From Acidobacteriota bacterium (GTDB lineage: Bacteria; Acidobacteriota; Blastocatellia; UBA7656), in the NCBI GenBank assembly GCA_040754075.1, contig JBFMDH010000003.1, positions 14,307-78,306 on the forward strand: 64,000 nt of DNA. The letters are read 5' to 3'. Made by a program: the position numbers and the translations under genes. Below the pieces are notes generated by a model, which saw nothing but the letters and a program-made list of their open reading frames with translations, did not search any database and was not told the origin of the DNA. Each line of letters starts with the position of its first letter. The first letter of the stretch is position 1. Shown here piece after piece: positions 19,447 to 29,812 of this stretch.

Positions 19447-21802
19447 AAGCTTCCCTTTGAGAATTCGTTTGCGTGACCTGAACGTTAAGCGAATTTCGCA
19501 CCTCGCTGATCATCTCTTCACGGTTGTACTTGCCTTTGGTTAAAACCTTTGAGACTTGTCCTTGAGCGTAAGAAAATTCTTTGACATCGACATCTTTGGC
19601 GGTAATCGCGATGATCGGTATGGATTGCCAAAGAGGATTGCGGCGCAATTCGATGACGAATTCAAAGCCATCCATTTCAGGCATCATTAAATCGAGCAAA
19701 ATCACTTGCGGCGGACTGACCGCCACCTCCTGCAAGGCGACGCGACCATTTTCCGCCTGTCTGATTTGCCAGCCCTCTTTTTCCAGGGTGCGATAAATCA
19801 GCTCGCGGGTGGGCGCATCATCTTCAACAATCAGCACCTCGCCGCCGGGATTAGCGGTTTTGTATTGATTCAAGGTTTGAATCAACCGCAGGCGTTCAAT
19901 CGGTTTCACCAGATAAGCCGAAGCGCCGAGCGCATACCCTAAATTTTCATCTTCAAGAAAGGTCAGTAAAATTACCGGAATGTGCGATACCGCAGGGTTG
20001 GCTTTCAAAGCCGCAAGCACTGCCCAACCATCCATACTCGGCATCAGGACATCCAGAGTAATGGCTACCAGATTGACCTCGCTGGCAAGTTTCAAGCCGG
20101 TTTCGCCATCAGCCGCACAAATGACATGAAAACCTTCTCTGGTTAAATAATGGCGCATCAATTGGTGAACCGAAGGGTCGTCATCTATCACCAGAACCGT
20201 ATTGGCGGCGCGTTCAGGTTGTGAACCGGACGGTATGCGCTGAGTCGGAAAATTCGCTTCGTCGGTTTTGCGGTGCGTCAAATCACTTGCAATTTCAGCA
20301 GGCATGAACACGGTAAATGCGGAACCTTTGCCAGGTTCGCTTTGCACCGTGATCGTGCCGCCGAGTTGCTGACAGAAGTGTTTGGTAATCGCCAGACCGA
20401 GTCCTGAGCCACCGTATTTGCGTGTCGTTGACGAATCGGCTTGCGAAAATTCTTTGAACAATTTCTGCACTTGTTCGGGCGACATGCCGATGCCTGTGTC
20501 GCTCACGCAAAAACGAATCCAATCCTTATCGTTTATCATCTGGCGCGAGACCTGCAAATTGACTACGCCGTTTTGCGTGAATTTGCAGGCATTGCCTAGC
20601 AAATTAAACAACACCTGCCGCACTTTGGTTAAATCGGATTTCATGAAACCCAGTTGCTGGTCACAAAACACCTTTAGTTGATTGGCGTTTTTGTCAACCA
20701 GCGGGTGCGACGTGGTGATGACGCTTTCAACCAAACTTTGCAGGTCAAAATTTTCAATATGCAATTCCATTTTGCCCGCTTCGATTTTTGACAGATCAAG
20801 AATGTCATTGATGAGACTGAGCAGATGTTTCCCGGCGAGATTGATTTTTTGCAGGTCGGGCACAAAATCTTCATAACCGGAATCGGTGGCTTCTTCCTCG
20901 AGCATTTCGCTATAACCGATGATGGCATTTAAAGGCGTGCGCAATTCGTGGCTCATATTGGTTAAAAACTCACTCTTGGCGCGGCTCGCTTCTTCGGCTT
21001 TATCTCTGGCGGCAATCAACGCTGCATTGGTAGTGCGCAAATCGGCGGTGCGTTGCGCGACTTCCTCTTCGAGATGGTCGCCATGTTTTTTTAATGCTTC
21101 ATCGCGCTTTTCGATTTGTGCGAGCATTTCATTGAAGGTATTAATCAGCAGACCGATTTCGTCACGTCCGTATTGGACGGCGCGAATAGAATAGTTCTTT
21201 TCTTCCGACACCGTATTGGCGACGTGCGCCAGGTCAAGCAGCGGTTGAGTGATAATTTTCTGTAGTTGCGAGGAAATTAAAATAGCGATGAGCAAAGCCC
21301 CTAACACCACCCCGCCAACAATCACCGCATACCGATGCCAACGCGCGTGGATTTGCTCAAGGTCGGATTCAATAAACAGCGTTCCAATGGTTTCACCGTC
21401 GAGCACTATTTCACGATATAAAATCAACCGCTCATCGGTGAATTCCGTCAGGTTCCGGTGAAGCGGCGGCGGGGTGATTTTCAATCCATTGGGATTACGA
21501 ACGTAGCTTGCGAAAAGCGAATCGTCTTCAGCAAGAATAGTTGCTGAAACAATACCGGGTTCGGCTTTCAAAGCCGCAAGCACCTCTTCGGCAGTCTCTC
21601 GATCTTGAAAAGCAATGGCTGCCGTGCAGTTGGTCTTGATAATTTCTGCCTGCGCCGACAAGCGGTTTGCCATCTCGCGTTTGAAGGAGAGCAGGTCATA
21701 GGCGAGAAACGCTATGCAAGCGACCAACAGCGCGACGCTACTGGTAATCATAATGATTAAATTGAGCTTTCGTTTGATCGATAAATTTCTAAATGTGAAC
21801 AT
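19439..21802 (-). CDS. Hybrid sensor histidine kinase (periplasmic sensor, HAMP, HisKA, HATPase_c, two receiver domains)
   Basis: GGGAG SD before the ATG at 21800-21802. Two transmembrane helices flank a ~150-aa periplasmic segment. H-box is NMSHELRTPLNAI, with N/G1/G2 boxes (NLLGNACKFT, DTGIGM, GGSGLGL). Two REC domains follow (VLVIDDD..., VLIVEDD...). Confidence 0.85.
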   Translation of the reverse strand: MFTFRNLSIKRKLNLIIMITSSVALLVACIAFLAYDLLSFKREMANRLSAQAEIIKTNCTAAIAFQDRETAEEVLAALKAEPGIVSATILAEDDSLFASYVRNPNGLKITPPPLHRNLTEFTDERLILYREIVLDGETIGTLFIESDLEQIHARWHRYAVIVGGVVLGALLIAILISSQLQKIITQPLLDLAHVANTVSEEKNYSIRAVQYGRDEIGLLINTFNEMLAQIEKRDEALKKHGDHLEEEVAQRTADLRTTNAALIAARDKAEEASRAKSEFLTNMSHELRTPLNAIIGYSEMLEEEATDSGYEDFVPDLQKINLAGKHLLSLINDILDLSKIEAGKMELHIENFDLQSLVESVITTSHPLVDKNANQLKVFCDQQLGFMKSDLTKVRQVLFNLLGNACKFTQNGVVNLQVSRQMINDKDWIRFCVSDTGIGMSPEQVQKLFKEFSQADSSTTRKYGGSGLGLAITKHFCQQLGGTITVQSEPGKGSAFTVFMPAEIASDLTHRKTDEANFPTQRIPSGSQPERAANTVLVIDDDPSVHQLMRHYLTREGFHVICAADGETGLKLASEVNLVAITLDVLMPSMDGWAVLAALKANPAVSHIPVILLTFLEDENLGYALGASAYLVKPIERLRLIQTLNQYKTANPGGEVLIVEDDAPTRELIYRTLEKEGWQIRQAENGRVALQEVAVSPPQVILLDLMMPEMDGFEFVIELRRNPLWQSIPIIAITAKDVDVKEFSYAQGQVSKVLTKGKYNREEMISEVRNSLNVQVTQTNSQREAYV

Positions 21803-21825
21803 GCAAACTCCCAACCGGGGACCCC

Positions 21826-22428
21826 TCACCTGACCACTTTGGCAAGCGACAACAGTTTTGAACTGATGCGTAAACGCGAACGCTCGGCTAAATCCGTGTT
21901 AATTACCATGCCAACTTTATTGGCTTCTCTGGTTAATTGAATGACGCCGCCAAATTGTATAAAGCTTTCCATATCGCCGACCGTGAGGACACTTGCGCCA
22001 CGCACCGCGCCGTTGATTTGCGCCATCCGACCACTTTCCGAACTCGCTATAAACAGGATGTGGCAACTCTTCAAGCCAGCGCCAACCGATAATCTTTTGA
22101 CCACCAGAGGTCTGCCATTTGCCGATTTCCCACTGAGCAGTCGGTCAATGGCAGAGCCAAACGGGTCATTGCCGACAATGCCGACAACCAGCGGCGCGCC
22201 CGCATCCGTGAAACTTTCTGCCGGCCAGTCAACGAATTTGGCGAAGTTGTAAAGAAAGGCGGCTTTGATTTCATACTCACCGGCGCTTTGCGCGAATTGA
22301 TTGGCAGGCATCCACAGCAGAAGTGATAGGCAAAGTATAATGCGGCAAACCGAACGCCGGGTCTTCACCAACCGCGAATGTCGCGGATTGCCCTGAGCAA
22401 ATTTTTTGTTCGTTGGTTTAAGCATCAC
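21826..22428 (-). CDS. DUF4154 / YfiR-like periplasmic protein
   Basis: Signal peptide, then the YfiR/DUF4154 hallmark KAAFLYNFAKFVDWP. Sits immediately upstream of, and co-directional with, the hybrid kinase. Confidence 0.6.
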   Translation of the reverse strand: MMLKPTNKKFAQGNPRHSRLVKTRRSVCRIILCLSLLLWMPANQFAQSAGEYEIKAAFLYNFAKFVDWPAESFTDAGAPLVVGIVGNDPFGSAIDRLLSGKSANGRPLVVKRLSVGAGLKSCHILFIASSESGRMAQINGAVRGASVLTVGDMESFIQFGGVIQLTREANKVGMVINTDLAERSRLRISSKLLSLAKVVR

Positions 22429-22493
22429 CCTTCGCTAACCCGCTGCAACCTACTGTCCACTCGATTTTCAATTCGTCTCCAACCTATTGATGC

Positions 22494-24587
22494 TTATTTT
22501 TTCTTGCCAAATCCGTAACTGAGTTTGACGCGAAACCGGCGACCATCCTGGGTGATGGTATTTTGCCTAAGTTCTTCGCCGACCGGATCGCTGTATTTCT
22601 GGTCAAACAAATTGTAGAGGCTGAATGATAATTCCCAACCGTGCCCAAGCCTTTGTTTAAGCAGCGTCAGGTTGGTCATCCAATATCCATCAGCCGGGAT
22701 GCCGAGAGCGGTTTTTCTTTCACCGGTAAAACGAACATCCAGACTGGAATATAAAGTTTCTTTCCAAAGCGGCAGGCTGAGATTGAAATAAGCCTGTTGG
22801 CGCGGCGAATTGACCAGGTCATCGCCCAACCGCTCATCCTCGGTTTTTTGATAAACGAAACTGGCTTTGCTTTCCAGACGCTTCATTTTCGCTTCAATTT
22901 CAAGTTCGATGCCGCGCGCTTTGATGTGGTCGGCATTTCTGAAAACAATCAGATTGTCCAAAGGATCGATCTGCTGAGAGATAAGGCTATGGATATGATA
23001 AAAATAGCCGGATGCCGACAGACGAACATGGTTGCCGAGATATTGTTCAAAAACCGCTTCGGTGGTTTTAATAGTTTCCGGTTTAAGGTTGAGCGCAGGT
23101 TTTTGAATTGCGCTATCGCCATAAAACAGTTCAAAGACATTGGGCGCGCGAAACGCCTGACCATAGAGCATTTTGAACCAGGTTTTCTTAAACGGATTAA
23201 CTATCAAAGCGAGTCGCGGATTGACGGTCGAACCGAAGGTGCTGTAACGGTCAAAACGCAGACCGACATTGAGCAGCAGTTTTTTGGAGATGGCAAATTC
23301 ATCCTGCGCATAAAGCGCGTGAATATGTGAAGCGCGTCGACCGGCAAGATAAATTTCTCCCGTATCTTCGGCAAAATTATCCTGATCTTGTTGGAAATTG
23401 TGGCGAAATTCTGTGCCGAAGGTGAGTTTGTGTTTTTGCGCCAGGTTTTTGGCAAGCGTGAATTCGCTTCCCCATTGCCTGCCGGTGGCTGCGTCTTTGG
23501 CGATGTAAGTTGTCGGCGCTTCATCCGCTGAGCGTTGGTAAACTAAATCGCCGCTGTAGATATATTGGTCATAGTAAGCGCGTCCCGTGAGATGAAAGCC
23601 GGACGACAGATTGCGCTCATAGCGCAAGTCTGCATAGCCGAAACTATCGCGTGTGTTGTTGCGCCGGTCATTGAAACGGGTTTCAAATGCGGCGGTCGGA
23701 ATGCCTTTTTCTCTTGCCGAATAAACCCCTGCAACGGTGAAATTGCCGAACGACAAATTGCCGAAAAAATTATGAAACCGGTCATAGTCCGCGTCTTCGG
23801 CAATGCCATTGTTGGTTTCGGGCATGTCAAATTCTTTGTAGTAAAGACGACGATTGCCTTTGCTGTCATAAAAGGTGCCGGAAAGTAGCAATCCCAAGCC
23901 GTTGGCAAATTGGTCGCCATAACTGATGCGCCCTCTGTAGGTCTGCAAACTTCCGGCATCCGTTGAAACTTCCAATCCGTGAAACGCTTCGCCTTTTTTG
24001 GTGATGATGTTAATCACCCCGAAAAAGGCATTGGTTCCGTAAAGCGAAGAACTCGGACCCCGGATGATTTCGATTTGTTCAATGAGGTCGATGTCCACCG
24101 GGAAAGCGGTTTCATAATAGACACTGTCATAAATATTTTCATTGACGCGATGACCGTTAATCATCAATAGCAATCGGCTGTTGTAATCCTCCGGGCGACT
24201 GAATCCGCGTACCCCCACATAAGCATAATTTCGGTCATAGCTCACATAAAAGCCTTTGACGCTGGCTAATACGTCGGTCAGGGTGCGATACCCGAAACGG
24301 CGAATTTCTTCAGCCGTAATGACGGTTATCGATGCCGGCGCATCAGTCACTTTCTGGGCGAATTTTGATGCCCCGGTGACAATTTCAACCTCCATCAACT
24401 CTTCGATATCGAGTCCGGTCAAATCGGCTTTCTGCTTTTCATTCTGCGCCAAAGCGTTGGGCAAGCTGCCAGCCTGCGCCAGTGCAAGAGACAGTATCGC
24501 AATTCGTAAATGGATAAGCGTTCGCTTATAACACCACTTTGACAAGACAGTTCTGCAAAGAGCAAATATTCGATGGAATAGATGCAT
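22494..24587 (-). CDS. TonB-dependent outer-membrane receptor
   Basis: Plug domain motifs (DAPASITVITAEEIRRFG, IEIIRGPSSSLYGTNAFFGVINIITK) followed by a long beta-barrel region. Confidence 0.8.
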   Translation of the reverse strand: MHLFHRIFALCRTVLSKWCYKRTLIHLRIAILSLALAQAGSLPNALAQNEKQKADLTGLDIEELMEVEIVTGASKFAQKVTDAPASITVITAEEIRRFGYRTLTDVLASVKGFYVSYDRNYAYVGVRGFSRPEDYNSRLLLMINGHRVNENIYDSVYYETAFPVDIDLIEQIEIIRGPSSSLYGTNAFFGVINIITKKGEAFHGLEVSTDAGSLQTYRGRISYGDQFANGLGLLLSGTFYDSKGNRRLYYKEFDMPETNNGIAEDADYDRFHNFFGNLSFGNFTVAGVYSAREKGIPTAAFETRFNDRRNNTRDSFGYADLRYERNLSSGFHLTGRAYYDQYIYSGDLVYQRSADEAPTTYIAKDAATGRQWGSEFTLAKNLAQKHKLTFGTEFRHNFQQDQDNFAEDTGEIYLAGRRASHIHALYAQDEFAISKKLLLNVGLRFDRYSTFGSTVNPRLALIVNPFKKTWFKMLYGQAFRAPNVFELFYGDSAIQKPALNLKPETIKTTEAVFEQYLGNHVRLSASGYFYHIHSLISQQIDPLDNLIVFRNADHIKARGIELEIEAKMKRLESKASFVYQKTEDERLGDDLVNSPRQQAYFNLSLPLWKETLYSSLDVRFTGERKTALGIPADGYWMTNLTLLKQRLGHGWELSFSLYNLFDQKYSDPVGEELRQNTITQDGRRFRVKLSYGFGKKK

Positions 24588-24825
24588 AATCGCCTCCTGG
24601 ACATCAGCGTTTCTAAGATCAGGGATGGTACGGGGTAAGGAAGTTTTTATTTGCTGACCATAAAGCTGGCATATCGCGCGGGAGGGAAGATTGCAGGTAG
24701 TTTGGGAGCAGACGAGGCGAATTTAACAATCAACGGCGCGGAAATCAATACTTTTATCTGGCGCGCATATTGAACTTTAATCGAAAAAGCAAGTTGCCTG
24801 GCGTCGCCCGTAAACGATAAACAAA

Positions 24826-24856
24826 AGCGCCATAGAGGACGCCTGAGTTTGGCGTC
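24826..24856 (-). terminator. Stem-loop terminator downstream of the permease gene
   Basis: Perfect 11-bp stem AAGAGGACGCC / GGCGTCCTCTT. On the minus strand it is followed by GGCGCTTTTGTTT. Confidence 0.45.
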
Positions 24857-24875
24857 CTCTTAAACCGCGCCGCGC

Positions 24876-26816
24876 TTAACCGCCAATGTGCACAGCGGGG
24901 CGACGATTGGGGTCAGGTTCGGCGAGTCTTAATACCTCGCGGGTCACAGGCGCGGTATCGCCTTCGCCGAAAAAGATGAATTGCAAAACATATTTGAGCG
25001 GATTGCCTTCGCTCCAACCGAAATAGGCATGCGGAGTTTTGCCGGTTTCATCGCGCAGGTGCAGCAAGAATGCCGCAATCGCATTGGGAATCGCAGGGCT
25101 TTTGGTTCTGAGAATTTTATAAGGTCCAAGCGCAACGCCGCGCACTTTCAAGACGCCGGAAAATTCGGAAGCATCGCCGGGTCGCACTTCAAAGAAAACC
25201 ACCGGGTCATCTTCAGGGATATGATTGTCTTCGCGCGCCTCTTTCTCTTTATAAAGATATTCGCGCTCGTTGCCGCGGTCGCGTTTATTGGGAACAATGC
25301 GAATCTCATGACCTTTTGATAACTCGGCGATAAATTCCAGAGCTTTTTTGTCGAGTTCGACACGTTCGATACGCAATTCGGTTGAGCGCAAGGCGCGCGA
25401 AATCAGTGAAGTGGTCACAATTGCCAGAATAAAGAACGAAGCGATTTTCACGCCATCGGTTCGCTCAACGATATTGGTTATCGTTGTATAAGTGAAAACC
25501 AAAGTGATAGCGGCAAAGATATATTTCATATTGCCGTTTCTCCATGCCGCCATGGTCACAGCGATTGCCGCAGAGGTCATCAGTACCAAAACGCCGGTTG
25601 CATAAGCGCCGCCCTGCGCATCGACATTAGCCTGAAAAATGATGGTTACAGCAAACGCGATGCCCGTGAATACCAGCACCAGCGGGCGCGTGGCTTTCGC
25701 CCATTCGGGTGCCATGCCGTAACGCGGCAGATAACGCGGCACAATGTTGAGTAACCCAGCCATTGCCGAGGCTCCGGCAAACCATAAAATCAAAATCGTG
25801 CTGATGTCATAAGTGGTGCCAAACAGGTCGCCAAGATATTCATGCGCCAAGTAAGAGAGCGCCCGACCATTGGCTTCTCCACCTTTTTCAAATTTTTCAG
25901 CGGGAATCAAAATCGTCGTCGCCAAACTGCTGGCAATTAAAAAAATGCTCATGATGAAAGCTGCCGCGCGCAGCAATTTGCGGGTGTTGCGAATGCGCCC
26001 TTGCGGATGCGCTGCGGTGTCTGTGGCGTCGCCTTTCACCAAAGGCATGACCGCAACCCCGGTTTCAAATCCTGAAAGTCCGAGCGCCAGTTTCGGAAAG
26101 ACCAGAATTGCCGCGCCAATCATCCCCGCCGGATTGCTGTGCGCCGTAAATAGTTTGCTTTTCCAATCGGGAATCAATTCGGCGTGTTGAATGAGTTCAT
26201 AAACCCCGACGCCAATCACCACCGCATTGAGTCCCAGGTAAATAATCACTAAAAAAACCGCCAGTCCGATGGCTTCTTTGAAACCTTTAAGAAAAACTGC
26301 GCCGAGTGTGGCAATGAGCGCCAGGGTAAGCCAGACTTCGTGATGCAGAAAATGATAGTTGTGAACGAAAGGATTTTCGATTACATGGGCTGTGGCATCG
26401 GCTGCCGAAAGCGTAATGGTGATGATGAAATCGGTTGCCGCAAAACCAAGCAGAATGAGCACCAGGGTTTTGCTTTTCCAGCGCGATAACAACCCTTCGA
26501 GCATGGAAATCGAACCTTCACCATTGGGGCTTGCGGCAGCGACTTTGCTGTAAATCGGCAACGCGCCGAAAAGCGTCAGCAAAACCAGAATCAACGTCGC
26601 AATCGGCGACAACGCGCCCGCCGCTAAAAATGCAATGCCCGGTTGATAGCCGAGGGTTGAAAAATAATCAACCCCGGTCAAACACATGACCTTGTACCAG
26701 GGGTGCGTGTGATGGAGAGTTTCTTGATGTGGTTTTTTACTCGGAAGGTAGCCTTCGAGTAACCACTGTTTGAATGCGCCAGGGGTTTTCTTTTTCGATT
26801 TCGATGAATCTGCCAT
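24876..26816 (-). CDS. APC-superfamily amino acid permease with C-terminal cytoplasmic extension
   Basis: Twelve or more hydrophobic helices (res 50-450) with a characteristic G-rich loop, then a ~190-aa hydrophilic C-terminal domain. Confidence 0.65.
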   Translation of the reverse strand: MADSSKSKKKTPGAFKQWLLEGYLPSKKPHQETLHHTHPWYKVMCLTGVDYFSTLGYQPGIAFLAAGALSPIATLILVLLTLFGALPIYSKVAAASPNGEGSISMLEGLLSRWKSKTLVLILLGFAATDFIITITLSAADATAHVIENPFVHNYHFLHHEVWLTLALIATLGAVFLKGFKEAIGLAVFLVIIYLGLNAVVIGVGVYELIQHAELIPDWKSKLFTAHSNPAGMIGAAILVFPKLALGLSGFETGVAVMPLVKGDATDTAAHPQGRIRNTRKLLRAAAFIMSIFLIASSLATTILIPAEKFEKGGEANGRALSYLAHEYLGDLFGTTYDISTILILWFAGASAMAGLLNIVPRYLPRYGMAPEWAKATRPLVLVFTGIAFAVTIIFQANVDAQGGAYATGVLVLMTSAAIAVTMAAWRNGNMKYIFAAITLVFTYTTITNIVERTDGVKIASFFILAIVTTSLISRALRSTELRIERVELDKKALEFIAELSKGHEIRIVPNKRDRGNEREYLYKEKEAREDNHIPEDDPVVFFEVRPGDASEFSGVLKVRGVALGPYKILRTKSPAIPNAIAAFLLHLRDETGKTPHAYFGWSEGNPLKYVLQFIFFGEGDTAPVTREVLRLAEPDPNRRPAVHIGG

Positions 26817-26914
26817 GTCGTCCTCAGCTTTTCGTCAGATAGTCATTACTACGTCGTTTGCGCCAATTCGATTAAGGAATGAAATAATTTGTTTTGTGAA
26901 AACGATGAATAGTT

Positions 26915-27436
26915 TTACTGCAAATTCGGCTGGCTTAAAAGGTCAATATAAGCCACCGCGATTAAATCCTCTTGGTTAATCGCGAGTTTCTCCATCAACG
27001 CTTGAGTTGTGCGTTCGCCTTCGACCATCGTTTGGTCGTCGCGCATTACAAATTCAAGCTCAACAAAATGTCCGAGATTTTCGACTTCGTCAAGGTGTAT
27101 GCGGGTTTGTCCGGCAAGATAAAGCCAACGGCATTTACGCACCACGCCGCGCACAGGGAGAACCGTTGAAAGAATGGTTTTCAGCGTCTCAGGCTCACTG
27201 GTGCGAGCGATTAAATAGGTGGAGGTTTTTGCCGTTGGCGTATCGGCGCGTGAATACAAAATCAACTCGCCGCGCGTAGCGTCAAAGACGCGCAATTTCA
27301 AACGCCCCTGTGCGGTTTCAAAAAAGGTGTCTTCCTGAATGAGCAACTCGACGGGCGTATCGGAAATTTGTTCGGCTAAATTTTTGAGCGCCGCGAAATC
27401 GTTGACGCGGGCTTTGATTTCAATATTTTTCGGCAT
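26915..27436 (-). CDS. CYTH-domain protein (class IV adenylyl cyclase / triphosphatase-like)
   Basis: N-terminal NIEIKARV (the ExExK CYTH signature), 173 aa. Confidence 0.55.
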   Translation of the reverse strand: MPKNIEIKARVNDFAALKNLAEQISDTPVELLIQEDTFFETAQGRLKLRVFDATRGELILYSRADTPTAKTSTYLIARTSEPETLKTILSTVLPVRGVVRKCRWLYLAGQTRIHLDEVENLGHFVELEFVMRDDQTMVEGERTTQALMEKLAINQEDLIAVAYIDLLSQPNLQ

Positions 27437-27548
27437 GATGTAGTCAAGAAGTGAAACAAGCTATCTTCAAAATATTTTCTGAACCGCCAAGCCGCCAACT
27501 TCGCCCAACAAATTATTAAAAAATCCCGGCGGTTTTTTGGTTTGCAAT

Positions 27549-28562
27549 CTATTCAATCAACGCTTCAATGACCCGAATCTTTTCGGCAAGCGTGCCCGCA
27601 TTTGGAATCGGCACCAGTGGCAGCGTCGCGCCGTATTGCAAAACTTCATCGAGTTGAGCGCGGCAAAATTCCATCGTTCCGCAAATCGCCACGGCATCAA
27701 CCATTGCATCGCTCACCGCGTTAATCGCTTCTTTGCGCCGACCCATTTGCCAGAGGGTTTGAATTTGCCCGGCAACATCGGCAAACCCCAGACGCGCAAG
27801 CGATTCTTTATAAAAATCGCCCATTCCGCCGACATAATAGGCAAGCGGCAAGCGCGCCGCTTTTCTTGCGCTCGCCGCATCATCGGAAACCATAGTGTTA
27901 ATGAAAGGCGCGATGTCGATTTGCTTGACGTCACGACCTGCTGCTTCACAACCTTTTTGAATTTCGACAATGCCTTCGTTGAACTGCGTGCGCGCCCAGT
28001 GCGTGGGCAACCAACCGTCGGCGATTTCGCCGATTTGACGAAGGCTTTTCGGCGTCAGCGCAGCAATGTATATCGGCAAATCTGCCCTTACGGGTTTAAA
28101 TCCAAGCTTGAATCGTTGCAACTGAAAACACTCACCCTCGAAATCCGTCACTTCACCTGCGAGCAACAAACGAATGATTTGAATGGTTTCTTTGAGGCGC
28201 GTGAGTGGTTTTTGGAATGGCACGCCGTGAAAATCTTCGATGACGCGCGCCCCGCTGGTTCCAAGTCCCAGGCGAAATCGCCCGCCGGAAATTTCATCAA
28301 GGGTTGCGGCGCTCATCGCCAGCACCGCAGGGGTTCGCGAAAACACATTGACGATGCCTGTGCATAAATGGATTTGTTTGGTATGAACCGCGAGTTCCGT
28401 GAGTGTCGTAAAGGCATCGCGTTCCCAGGCTTCGGGAATCCAGATGCAGTCGTATCCGCAACCATCTGCGGCTTTCACACATTCAATGAGTTCGCGACGG
28501 TCGAAGCCGCTTTTATCAAAACCAGGCAAGCGTCCAAGATAGAGTCCAAGTCTTCGCGTCAT
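27549..28562 (-). CDS. LLM-class (luciferase-like) flavin/F420-dependent oxidoreductase
   Basis: MTRRLGLYLG... TIM-barrel LLM fold motifs (GYDCIWIPEAW, GGRFRLGLGTSG). An alternative upstream ATG at 28652 would add 30 aa. Confidence 0.6.
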   Translation of the reverse strand: MTRRLGLYLGRLPGFDKSGFDRRELIECVKAADGCGYDCIWIPEAWERDAFTTLTELAVHTKQIHLCTGIVNVFSRTPAVLAMSAATLDEISGGRFRLGLGTSGARVIEDFHGVPFQKPLTRLKETIQIIRLLLAGEVTDFEGECFQLQRFKLGFKPVRADLPIYIAALTPKSLRQIGEIADGWLPTHWARTQFNEGIVEIQKGCEAAGRDVKQIDIAPFINTMVSDDAASARKAARLPLAYYVGGMGDFYKESLARLGFADVAGQIQTLWQMGRRKEAINAVSDAMVDAVAICGTMEFCRAQLDEVLQYGATLPLVPIPNAGTLAEKIRVIEALIE

Positions 28563-28783
28563 CGTTTGCACATTAAACCGAAAACCCGCGATGCGGTAAA
28601 GTCGTGATGAAGGCGTGGCAGATTCGCGCCTTGTTTTAAAAATATTTTTCATTTCGTTTTGCTGATTTCATTAGCAGTTACCTGCAACCAAAGAAAAATT
28701 GAATGAAGTATAAAAATAACTTTCTTGACTCTGATAAAACCGGAATGCTATACCATAAGCGTTTGATAAACAGTCAAAGGCTT

Positions 28784-28870
28784 ATGAAAAAAACCATGTG
28801 TTCAATGTGTTGTTGTTGTTGCATGTGTCGCGGACGAGCGCGCGAAGCCTTTGATGGAGGTGCATCATAA
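28784..28870 (+). CDS. Polycysteine leader peptide (MKKTMCSMCCCCCMCRGRAREAFDGGAS), candidate cysteine-sensing attenuator ORF
   Basis: Seven Cys codons (TGT/TGC) in a 28-codon uORF, including five consecutive. It lies 125 nt upstream of cobA-cysH-cysC-sir. In-frame alternative starts are at 28796 and 28805. Confidence 0.55.
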   Translation: MKKTMCSMCCCCCMCRGRAREAFDGGAS

Positions 28871-28918
28871 ATTAAGTTCTACTAAATTCTGAGTAAACTC
28901 AGAAGGAATTTAAGAAAA

Positions 28919-28960
28919 CCCACCACAGGCTTCAAAACCTGCGGTGGGTTTTTCGTTTTT
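28919..28960 (+). promoter_or_regulatory. Intrinsic terminator (attenuator) between the Cys-leader and cobA
   Basis: CCCACCACAGG-cttcaaaa-CCTGCGGTGGG followed by TTTTTCGTTTTT, 37 nt before the cobA ATG. A second small hairpin TTCTGAG-taaa-CTCAGAA sits at 28876-28893. Confidence 0.55.
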
Positions 28961-28996
28961 GGGCAAATTATTTTAGCGGGTAACAGGCACACAACA

Positions 28997-29800
28997 ATGA
29001 GCAACAGGCAGGCACACACCGGCAAAGTCTATTTAATCGGCGCAGGTCCGGGCGATGCGAAACTCCTGACCATCAAAGCCGCCGAGAGTATCGCCGTAAG
29101 CGAGGTTATCGTTTACGACTATCTGGTTAATCCCGAAATCCTGGCGCACTCGCGACGCGGCGCAGAATTGATTTACGTCGGCAAACGCGCCGGTGAACCT
29201 TCCATCTCGCAAACTCAAATTAATCAAATCCTCATCGCACACGCCCGCGCCGGAAAAATCGTTTCGCGTCTCAAAGGCGGCGACCCGTTCATCTTCGGAC
29301 GCGGCGGCGAAGAGGCTGAAGCCCTGGTTGAAGCCGGTATCGCCTGGGAAGTTGTGCCGGGAATTTCGTCGGGCGTTGCCGCTGCGGCTTACGCAGGGAT
29401 ACCACTAACGCATCGCAACTATGCTTCAAGCGTTGCTTTCATCACCGGGCACGACAGCCGCAAAAATCGCCCTGCTGTCGACTGGCAAGCCGCTGCGAAT
29501 TTAGCCGACACCCTGGTGATTTTTATGTGCGCCGAAACCATTAAACAGATTGCCCGCGCGCTCGTTGCCGGCGGGCGCGCGCCGTCAACGCCGATTGCCA
29601 TCATTCGCTGGGGAACTTACGCGCATCAGGAAGTCTATGCGGGAAAGCTCGCAGATTTGGCGAATGATGACGGCGAATTTTTAGACATCAAGCCACCGGC
29701 GATTGCCATTGTTGGCGAGGTGGTCGCGCTCAAAGAAAAATTGAACTGGTTCCATCATCAGGTCTTTGAATTTGGACTAGCCGAGGTTGCAGGTTTTTGA
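28997..29800 (+). CDS. cobA: Uroporphyrinogen-III C-methyltransferase (siroheme synthesis)
   Basis: VYLIGAGPGDAKLLTIKA...GKIVSRLKGGDPFIFGRGGEE matches the SUMT (tetrapyrrole methylase) signature. Confidence 0.85.
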   Translation: MSNRQAHTGKVYLIGAGPGDAKLLTIKAAESIAVSEVIVYDYLVNPEILAHSRRGAELIYVGKRAGEPSISQTQINQILIAHARAGKIVSRLKGGDPFIFGRGGEEAEALVEAGIAWEVVPGISSGVAAAAYAGIPLTHRNYASSVAFITGHDSRKNRPAVDWQAAANLADTLVIFMCAETIKQIARALVAGGRAPSTPIAIIRWGTYAHQEVYAGKLADLANDDGEFLDIKPPAIAIVGEVVALKEKLNWFHHQVFEFGLAEVAGF

Positions 29801-29812
29801 AAGGAGAACGTC

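Noticed and set aside
27537-28367. 276-aa ORF on the + strand
   Set aside because: Entirely antisense to the LLM oxidoreductase gene, whose motifs are clear. Shadow ORF in a GC-rich region.
28653-28996. SAM or other known riboswitch upstream of cobA
   Set aside because: No match to the SAM-I, SAM-II or T-box conserved cores that I can recall. A Cys-rich uORF plus terminator explains the region better.
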